A DNA stretch of 55,983 bases from a virus: the IMG/VR virus record IMGVR_UViG_3300016478_000096, positions 1-55,983 of that record. The stretch is one strand, 5' to 3'. The position numbers and the translations under genes are program-made. Each line of letters opens with the position of its first letter. Within the stretch, counting starts at the first letter, position 1. The notes under the pieces are model-generated. The model worked only from the letters and a program-made list of their open reading frames with translations. It was not told where the DNA came from and searched no databases. Below are positions 50,137 through 55,983 of the stretch, one piece after another.

Positions 50137-50165
50137 ATTGTAGAGCAAGCGACAAGGGGCGGCAA
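50137..50165 (-). promoter_or_regulatory. Sigma70-like promoter candidate (TTGCCG-N17-TACAAT) overlapping a GC hairpin.
   Basis: The -10 TACAAT is the reverse complement of 50137-50142 and the -35 TTGCCG of 50160-50165. The hairpin GGGGCG/CGCCCC spans 50156-50173. Confidence 0.4.
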
Positions 50166-50182
50166 CGCGCCCCCTGTCCCGC

Positions 50183-50761
50183 TCAACGCTTGGATGCCTT
50201 GCGGCCTTCGGACATGGCAATCGCCATGGCCTGCTTGCGGCTGGTGACCTCAGGGCCCTTCTTGCTGCCAGAGTGCAGCTCGCCAGCCTTGAACTCGCCC
50301 ATGACCTTGCCAATCTTGGCTTGGCCAGCTTTGGACGTCACTTTGCCGCCGGTTTTCATGCCGCCGATCATCGGCTGTGCGGGAGCGACGGGAACCATCT
50401 TTCGGCGAGGGGCAGGCATTTTCACCTGGGCGCGCTCGGTCAGCTCTTCACGCTGCATGCGCGGCGTTTCCATCTTCTCGTGGCGTTGCATCACCTCGCG
50501 GCTTGGGTAGCGTTCGCCGGTGGCCTTTTCGACCACAGCGCCACCCTTGGCCAGCTTGAGCGTGGGCAAGTTGGGCGCCACAGGCTTGGAGCCTTTGACG
50601 CCGGGGTTCTTGTTGTCCTTGATGCCGAGCGAGCTCTTGTCGGCGATCATGGTCTGGCCCTTGAAGCCAGGGGCTTTTACCGCGCCACCCTTGGCGTACT
50701 TTACGGTGCCGTCCTTGCCTTTGGTGCCGAAGTCAAATTCTTTGACGTATGTGCAGCCCAT
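50183..50761 (-). CDS. Lys/Gly-rich virion-module protein (192 aa) with AKGGAV repeats and a C-terminal KVMGEFKAGELHSGS...RKQAMAIAMSEGRK domain.
   Basis: ATG at 50761 with GGAG 7 nt upstream (the ORF track starts at TTG 50773). Confidence 0.65.
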   Translation of the reverse strand: MGCTYVKEFDFGTKGKDGTVKYAKGGAVKAPGFKGQTMIADKSSLGIKDNKNPGVKGSKPVAPNLPTLKLAKGGAVVEKATGERYPSREVMQRHEKMETPRMQREELTERAQVKMPAPRRKMVPVAPAQPMIGGMKTGGKVTSKAGQAKIGKVMGEFKAGELHSGSKKGPEVTSRKQAMAIAMSEGRKASKR

Positions 50762-50773
50762 GGTGTTCTCCAA

Positions 50774-51028
50774 TCAGTCGTGTTGATCAGCAACCCTGCG
50801 GCCGCCGACAAAGGAGTCGATCTTGCGCTCGATGCGATCAAAGCGGTCAATCAACTGTTGCATGTCCGCGCGGAACTCGGCGCGTGTGATGTGGTCCCGG
50901 GCTACCTCTTCGCGTGTCTTGTTGAGAAGAATGCTGAGGCGATCGAGCTCGTCGAACTTACCTTTCAGCAGGAATCCCATTACAGCCACGATAGCACTCA
51001 GGACAATGTTCCAAACCATCATTTCCAT
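50774..51028 (-). CDS. Single-TM plus coiled-coil protein (84 aa).
   Basis: WNIVLSAIVAVMGFLL is followed by a charged helical region. Confidence 0.65.
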   Translation of the reverse strand: MEMMVWNIVLSAIVAVMGFLLKGKFDELDRLSILLNKTREEVARDHITRAEFRADMQQLIDRFDRIERKIDSFVGGRRVADQHD

Positions 51029-51051
51029 GTCGCGAACCTTCCGCGACCTAG

Positions 51052-51315
51052 TCAGGTGTAGGCAACGTTGACGGTACCGGCTGCCACGACCACCAGGCCG
51101 TTGTTTGCCGCAATACCGTGGCTCGCCCAGGTGGCAATCTCACCGACCGCCATGGTCTTGGTGTAGAGGATGGTGCCGCTGGCTGCCGATGCGTTGTCGT
51201 AGACCGTGACGGCGCCCGCAACGATGCAGGTCACCGAAAACAGTCCGGCGGGGGTGGCTTTGATCACAGCGGTTGCGGCGGCAACCTGCTGATAGCCTAA
51301 TTTGTCGGTCATCAT
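51052..51315 (-). CDS. Small beta-rich virion-module protein (87 aa).
   Basis: AGGAG SD. A/V/T/G-rich. Confidence 0.65.
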   Translation of the reverse strand: MMTDKLGYQQVAAATAVIKATPAGLFSVTCIVAGAVTVYDNASAASGTILYTKTMAVGEIATWASHGIAANNGLVVVAAGTVNVAYT

Positions 51316-51378
51316 GAGGTGATCTCCTGGTTTGGTTGAAGCCCCGCCAATTGACGGGGTGCGTCACAACGCAGGGGA

Positions 51379-51588
51379 TCAGCTCAGAGCCGCGCCGACG
51401 GCAGTCACCCAAGCAGAGCCGGTGTTGATCACCAGGCAATACTCGTTGTTGCCAGCGCCGTTGTCCGAAATGACATAGCAGGTGCCAACGGCAACAGCGG
51501 TCACGGCAGGCAGGTTGGCAGTCGTGGTGACGGGGAACGAGAAGCCGTTTTGAGAGGCGACGGGACCCGAAAAGGTAGTGGTGCTCAT
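51379..51588 (-). CDS. Small beta-rich virion-module protein (69 aa).
   Basis: GAGGAA SD. Confidence 0.65.
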   Translation of the reverse strand: MSTTTFSGPVASQNGFSFPVTTTANLPAVTAVAVGTCYVISDNGAGNNEYCLVINTGSAWVTAVGAALS

Positions 51589-51683
51589 GATTTCCTCACA
51601 TGCGAGTTGTGCGCAGCCGTCTGCATGTCGTCGGCCAGGGCGGGCCGTCTGCTGCGCGTAAAAAAGGTGCCCAAACAGGTCGG

Positions 51684-52358
51684 CTATTCAGCCTCACTGC
51701 GGCGCAAGTATCGCACGGCGGATTCGAGGGTGTCAATTTTGTCTCTGAAAAGTCCAAGCGCCTGATTGCAGCTCTTGCAAAGCAAGCCGCGAGCGTTTCC
51801 AGTTTTGTGACAGTGATCAACAGAAAGAGAGATTGTCTTTCCGCGAATCACGGTGGTTTCAGGCTCTTCGCAAATCGCGCAGACGCCGTTTTGTTCTTCG
51901 AGCTTTTGGTTGTACCAGTCGAGGGTGACGCCGTATAGCTTTTTGAGATCTTTGTCGGCGTAATATTCTGGATTTGCCGCTCTCGATTTTTTATGCCACT
52001 GGCGCATGTATTCCTTGTAATCTTCGGATGATGCGCGACGTTCTTTCCAGTAAAAGTTTTCTTTTGACCAAGGCTTTGATGGATCTGGCCTGAATGCGCG
52101 TCCAATTTCTGGTTTCTCGCCAACATCAGAAGCGAATTTCCAGAAGTCCTCTTTCCAGTCATTGGGCATGTTCAATAGGTGATACCTACGCAGCCCGCAC
52201 CACGTTTTATACGACGGGTGTTTTTCGCGCTGACCCCAATCATTTGGGCGCGTGTCCTCAACATCGCCATGCCGCCGGACTCGCATGTAATGCGTCTGGC
52301 ACAGACCCTTTGCAACTACCGGCTGGGTGCAGCCGTGAACGTGACATTTCTCGGGCAT
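51684..52358 (-). CDS. Endonuclease VII-family (HNH-like) homing endonuclease.
   Basis: CAICEEPE...LSVDHCHKTGNARGLLCKSCNQALGLF (Endonuclease_7). N-terminal CHVHGC...GLCQTHYMR zinc motif. The gene is AT-rich. Confidence 0.8.
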   Translation of the reverse strand: MPEKCHVHGCTQPVVAKGLCQTHYMRVRRHGDVEDTRPNDWGQREKHPSYKTWCGLRRYHLLNMPNDWKEDFWKFASDVGEKPEIGRAFRPDPSKPWSKENFYWKERRASSEDYKEYMRQWHKKSRAANPEYYADKDLKKLYGVTLDWYNQKLEEQNGVCAICEEPETTVIRGKTISLSVDHCHKTGNARGLLCKSCNQALGLFRDKIDTLESAVRYLRRSEAE

Positions 52359-52393
52359 AAAAAAAACTCCTAGAGGTTTGCACCCCTAGGAGT
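52359..52393 (-). terminator. Strong rho-independent terminator immediately after the major capsid gene.
   Basis: ACTCCTAGGGG/CCTCTAGGAGT 11-bp stem with one mismatch and a 6-nt loop, followed by a U8 run on the minus strand. Confidence 0.8.
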
Positions 52394-52426
52394 TTACCGA
52401 CTATCGCGGAATTTTACAAGTCCGCG

Positions 52427-53341
52427 TCAAACGCCAGCCGTGCCGAAAACGGCTCTAGGATCCGTCCATCCGAGGGCATAACGCTCTGTCGCTTTGTAGC
52501 GCATGGAGTCAGTTTCAAAATCCCCTTCCATCGACTTTTCCAGGCCGCGACGCATCATCAGCTTCAGACCTTCGGGAGCGTCGGTCTGAACCCACCAGGC
52601 GGTGGTGCTGGTGATACGAGACAGGTTGGCTTGACCATCGGCCAGCAGACCCATCGACTTCACCGGGTTGATGTCGTTGTCGGCGGTGCCGGTGCGCAGC
52701 ACAGACTTCAGCAGCACTTCAGCCTGGAACACGTTAGAAGGACCGGCAACGATCTTCTTGGGTGTCAGACGGATGCGCTTGCCGTTGTTGTCCACGGCAT
52801 TGCGGATCTGGATCAGCATCTGCTCGAGGGACGTCTGCGACAGGGCGGCGGCGGTGGCCAGCTGGTTGCTGAAGGTACCGTTCACGATGGGGTGAGCCGT
52901 GGAAACCAGGGACACGCCGTCACCGCCTGCGTACGCGCTGTTGAAGGCGCGGTTCAGGATGTTGGCTGCCAGGGTTTCTTTGGTCTCGATCAGGGACTGC
53001 GCCAAGTGCTTGGCGTAGGTCTGACCGATACGGATGTGGTCACCGTCCTCGACCAGCACTTTGGTCAGGGCGAAGGCCAGGCCGTACACCTTGTAGAGGT
53101 AGCGCTGCATGAACAGCGTACCGCCGGACTGGTAAGTCACGGCCATGCCGTCAGGCAGCTCGGGCGCAGCACCGAAGCCGTACAGGACGGGTTCTTCGTG
53201 GTAGTTGCGCGGGATGCCTTTTTGCTCGCGGAAGACTTGCTTCCACTCGTCAGCACGCTGCTCGTAAACGCCGTCGAACACTTCGTTCAGGATCGGCTCA
53301 ACAACGGAACGGAAGTCCGTACTACGCATTGGGGTTGCCAT
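52427..53341 (-). CDS. Major capsid protein (304 aa).
   Basis: Strong SD (AAGGAGG). Lies downstream of the scaffold and is followed by the strongest terminator in the genome. Size is typical of an HK97-fold MCP. Family not verified. Confidence 0.7.
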   Translation of the reverse strand: MATPMRSTDFRSVVEPILNEVFDGVYEQRADEWKQVFREQKGIPRNYHEEPVLYGFGAAPELPDGMAVTYQSGGTLFMQRYLYKVYGLAFALTKVLVEDGDHIRIGQTYAKHLAQSLIETKETLAANILNRAFNSAYAGGDGVSLVSTAHPIVNGTFSNQLATAAALSQTSLEQMLIQIRNAVDNNGKRIRLTPKKIVAGPSNVFQAEVLLKSVLRTGTADNDINPVKSMGLLADGQANLSRITSTTAWWVQTDAPEGLKLMMRRGLEKSMEGDFETDSMRYKATERYALGWTDPRAVFGTAGV

Positions 53342-53354
53342 GTTTCAGCCCTCC

Positions 53355-53948
53355 TTAGATGCTGTTGACGGCAGCCTTGTAGGCGTGCTCGTTGATACGA
53401 ACAGTGGCCACAACGTAAGCGTCGGTCAGCGAGTCGTTGATGTTGCCAGCGAAACCGGTGATCTGGAACTGGCCAGAGGTGGTTTGGATGGCGGTGAGTT
53501 TGGTGTTCGACAGGCCCGTCTGGGTGCTGCCGCCAGGGGAGGCCACAGTCCAGTCGCACTCTTCGCCGACAGCCGTTTGCACGGTGGTACCAGCGGAGGG
53601 GTTGTCGTATTGCACGTCGAACAGCGTCTCGGGGTCGTCATAGACCCAGGCGATGATGTTCGTGCCAGTTGCACCGCTCGGCCAGAAGGGGCTGATGGTG
53701 GGACGGCCTTGGGCGTCGTTGTACTGGCAGCCAGCGAAGATACCCAGAAGGGTAACGCCGTCGGTGGTGCCGGAACGGGTGCCGTCCGAGGTGCCGAGTT
53801 GAACAACACCAGCGTCCGTCAACTTCACGGGGTCGCCCGAGAAGATGTTGGCAGCGTAGGTGCTCGCAATGGTGTAGGCTTTCGGACGCATCTGACCACT
53901 GTTGTGGTACGAAGCGCGGAAGCCAAAGGGTGCGCTAGTCGAAGACAT
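53355..53948 (-). CDS. Putative capsid decoration/cement or auxiliary capsid protein (197 aa).
   Basis: Beta-rich and lies immediately upstream of the MCP gene. AAAGGAAA SD. Confidence 0.45.
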   Translation of the reverse strand: MSSTSAPFGFRASYHNSGQMRPKAYTIASTYAANIFSGDPVKLTDAGVVQLGTSDGTRSGTTDGVTLLGIFAGCQYNDAQGRPTISPFWPSGATGTNIIAWVYDDPETLFDVQYDNPSAGTTVQTAVGEECDWTVASPGGSTQTGLSNTKLTAIQTTSGQFQITGFAGNINDSLTDAYVVATVRINEHAYKAAVNSI

Positions 53949-53983
53949 TTGCTTTTCCTTTGATGGGTTGAATGGACTTCAGA

Positions 53984-54514
53984 TCAAGTCAGCTCAAACT
54001 GAGCCGACCGTTTTTGTCCGATTTCCGTCATGCCATCACCAGCATCCATGCGCGACCCGGAAGCGCGTGCTTGTTGCTCCATGAACTCAGCCGTGTCGGT
54101 CAGCTTTTCCTCTTCGCGCATCGGCGCGTCGTGGTGAGCTTCCTGCATGTAGCGTTCGTACAGGCTGATGGGGAGCTTGAAAGCAAGCATTTCGTTGACG
54201 CCGATAAAGCCCTGGTACTCACCGGTTTTAATGGTGACGTACTCCCAGCCAGGCACATCGCTCGGCTTCAGGGGCTCGTAACCCAGACGCATGCGCATGT
54301 GGATCGAGTCGCGGGGGTTTGCAGTGGTCAGCCAGCAGCAATGCCAGCCGTCGAGTTTTGGCAAGTCCGGAAGTGAGGACTGGTGGAACTGCTGTCGGAA
54401 CATTTCAACCCGCTCGTCGTCGGACAGGGCGCGCGATTCAGAGGCGGCACGATCTTGCATCGCGCGGCTTTCGCGGTTGTCACCAGCAGATTTCTTAAGG
54501 CGTTCGTCAGACAT
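53984..54514 (-). CDS. Hypothetical head-module protein (176 aa).
   Basis: AAAGGAG SD. Lies between the scaffold and capsid genes. Confidence 0.7.
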   Translation of the reverse strand: MSDERLKKSAGDNRESRAMQDRAASESRALSDDERVEMFRQQFHQSSLPDLPKLDGWHCCWLTTANPRDSIHMRMRLGYEPLKPSDVPGWEYVTIKTGEYQGFIGVNEMLAFKLPISLYERYMQEAHHDAPMREEEKLTDTAEFMEQQARASGSRMDAGDGMTEIGQKRSAQFELT

Positions 54515-54542
54515 TTCTCGCTCCTTTCAGCGATTGGGAAAA

Positions 54543-54570
54543 ATTATAGGTTGGATTTCAAAAAACACAA
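54543..54570 (-). promoter_or_regulatory. Sigma70-like promoter candidate (TTGTGT-N16-TATAAT) inside the late operon.
   Basis: A perfect -10 TATAAT is the reverse complement of 54543-54548. It sits in an AT-rich 64-nt gap after the scaffold gene. Confidence 0.4.
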
Positions 54571-54578
54571 CGCGATTT

Positions 54579-55580
54579 TTACGCGCGATTGTTTTTGTCG
54601 TATTCGGCATAGCGTTTCACGTACTTCATCCGAAGCACGGGGTCGTCCCAGACGCCTGCGTCGATCAGAGCCTGTTTGCGCTCTGGGCTGATGTACACCT
54701 CGGTGCGGGTGCTGGTTGGAGCGTGCTCGCGGCCAGAGCCGACAGCGGGGCCGCCGCGCGGTGTGCGCTGCTGGCGGGGCTCGTCACGCGCACCGCGATC
54801 GTCGCCGTGGTCGTTGCGGCGCGTGGTTTGCTTGAAGCGCTCAGGCAGGCGGCGGGCGGCGCGCTCGCGCAGCTCGTCCCAGTACTCCTCGGTGTCGGGC
54901 CGGAAGCCTTCACGGTGCAGGGCTCCATCGATGGCCAGCACGATGGCGCTGTCCTCGTCCTGGCCCTTGAGGTCGTACCAGGGGTTTTCGCTGATGAACT
55001 CCTTGGCGTAGTGCACCGCCATGTCGTCCAGACCATCGTTGGCCGGGGCCGGGCGCTGGTTGGCCGCCTGCTGCTTGGCAAACGTCAGCTGCTGGGCTTT
55101 CTGCATGGCCTGGTCGCGGTAGCGCATGGCCTGGGTGACGTCGTCCCCGTTGCCAGCGGCCACGGCCTTGGCGATCACGCGCTCGGCCATTTCTGCCTCG
55201 TTGCGGGCCTGGGCGATCTGGGCGTCGAGCTGAGACAGGTCGGCTTGGTGCGTGCGCTGCTCGACGGAGCCCAGGCGGCGCTCGAGATCGTCGTTTCGCT
55301 TGCGCAGGAAGTTCAGCTCCAGCTTGTCGCGGCTGATCGCCTCTTCGCGGCGTTGCTTGCGCTCTGCCTTTTCCTTGCGGCGGCGTTCGCGGATGGCCTC
55401 GCGCTCGGCGTCGTTGCCGTCGCCACGGTTGTCGTCGTCGTTGCCATTGAGGCGCGCGTCGCCGTCGTCATCGTGGCCGTCGTCGGCGTTGTCGTTGGGC
55501 GGGTTTTCAACAATAACCAGCTCTTCCCGGTTTTCCGGGTTGTTGCTGTTGTCGTTGTCGTCTTCGGTCATGGTAGGCAT
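54579..55580 (-). CDS. Putative scaffolding protein (333 aa).
   Basis: D/N-rich acidic N-terminus, a long charged coiled coil, and position upstream of the capsid genes. AAGGAG SD. Confidence 0.6.
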   Translation of the reverse strand: MPTMTEDDNDNSNNPENREELVIVENPPNDNADDGHDDDGDARLNGNDDDNRGDGNDAEREAIRERRRKEKAERKQRREEAISRDKLELNFLRKRNDDLERRLGSVEQRTHQADLSQLDAQIAQARNEAEMAERVIAKAVAAGNGDDVTQAMRYRDQAMQKAQQLTFAKQQAANQRPAPANDGLDDMAVHYAKEFISENPWYDLKGQDEDSAIVLAIDGALHREGFRPDTEEYWDELRERAARRLPERFKQTTRRNDHGDDRGARDEPRQQRTPRGGPAVGSGREHAPTSTRTEVYISPERKQALIDAGVWDDPVLRMKYVKRYAEYDKNNRA

Positions 55581-55596
55581 GGTCTACTCCTTGAAA

Positions 55597-55983
55597 TTAT
55601 TGGCAGGCCTCGCAGGTGCCTTCGCCCGAGAGGTCGCAGGCTTTGCCGAGGGGGAAGTCGTCGTCGTGGGCGGCTTGAGCGGCCAGCTTGCTGCGAAGCT
55701 CGTAGCCCATGAGCGGCCAGATTTTGGCCACAGCGTTCTGGCGCGCGATCTTCTTGCCGATTTCGGCGTCGAAGTTCTCGGGGCTGGCGCAGGCCGACTC
55801 GCCGGTGACGGTAAAGCCGTTGCGCAGAACCAACACGCAGAAGGTCAGCAGGCGTAGCGCGGGCGGCAGTATCAGCTCGCGCACCGGGCGAAGCTCGCCA
55901 GTCTCGAATGTGCCAGCCGCCGCAAAAGCCTCCACGCCAACCAGGCCCTGATCAGCCGTGAAGTAGTGCTCGCTGGCGATGTT
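55597..55983 (-). CDS. C-terminal part of the junction-spanning N4 gp49 / Sf6 gp66-family gene (see 1-106).
   Basis: TFCVLVLRNGFTVTGESACASPENFDAEIGKKIARQNAVAKIWPLMGYEL. The ORF is open to the window end and in frame with 1-106. Confidence 0.8.
   Translation of the reverse strand, partial: NIASEHYFTADQGLVGVEAFAAAGTFETGELRPVRELILPPALRLLTFCVLVLRNGFTVTGESACASPENFDAEIGKKIARQNAVAKIWPLMGYELRSKLAAQAAHDDDFPLGKACDLSGEGTCEACQ
55962..55983. repeat. Terminal direct repeat, copy 2 (identical to 1-22).
   Basis: Same 22-mer as at the window start. Confidence 0.9.

Noticed and set aside
50774-51028. The 84-aa N-terminal-TM plus coiled-coil protein as an i-spanin (Rz-like).
   Set aside because: It lies 7 kb from the lysis cassette. 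I could find no embedded or adjacent lipobox ORF for an o-spanin, and there are no periplasmic cysteines. It is left as a hypothetical membrane protein.
1-55983. Prophage or lysogeny functions (integrase, att sites, CI-type repressor), tRNA/tmRNA genes and rRNA.
   Set aside because: No tyrosine or serine recombinase motif was seen in any ORF. Only small Cro-like, wHTH and AlpA-like HTH proteins are present. No cloverleaf or T-loop (GGTTCGAATCC-like) sequence was noticed in the intergenic regions. A tRNAscan run would be needed to be certain.

Overview
The window is a complete, closed genome of a high-G+C tailed dsDNA phage. The first 22 nt are identical to the last 22 nt, giving a unique length of 55,961 bp. 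No integrase, reverse transcriptase, tRNA, rRNA or CRISPR array was seen. The phage is probably podovirus-like: I found no tape measure, tail tube or sheath gene, and four large internal or ejection-type proteins sit next to the tail genes.

Transcription has two arms that diverge at an AT-rich control region (19099-19226).
- The leftward arm (minus strand) runs through a Cro-like and a winged-helix regulator, a string of micro-ORFs, and an SF2 helicase. It continues with an HNH-AP2 homing endonuclease, VRR-NUC, a primase/SF3 helicase and a ParB-domain DNA methyltransferase. Next come TerS, TerL, a 781-aa PcfJ-like protein, the portal, a GroES-like protein and a DUF2829 (Tad2-like) fusion. It then crosses the circular junction into the scaffold and the major capsid protein. 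Beyond these lie an endonuclease-VII homing-endonuclease gene, tail and fibre genes, a lysis cassette, a GNAT acetyltransferase and the ejection proteins. It ends at an intrinsic terminator (31504-31530).
- The rightward arm (19227-31523) holds about 37 mostly unrecognisable small early genes plus a YqaJ-exonuclease/RecT/DUF2303 recombination module.
- Nearly all gene junctions overlap (ATGA or similar), so the few gene-free stretches stand out.

The best candidates for something undescribed, in order:
1. The roughly 470-nt structure-dense non-coding region upstream of the primase-helicase (13714-14184). It holds hairpin repeats, nested terminator and promoter structures, and may be an origin or an ncRNA.
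2. The accessory island in the head operon: GroES-like, DUF2829/Tad2-like fusion and gp49/66-family genes.
3. The GNAT acetyltransferase translationally coupled to ejection proteins.
4. The PcfJ-like giant protein between TerL and portal, and an A-x-G-G-hydrophobic peptide motif shared by three virion-module proteins.

All domain assignments come from motif recognition by eye and need HMM or structure searches.
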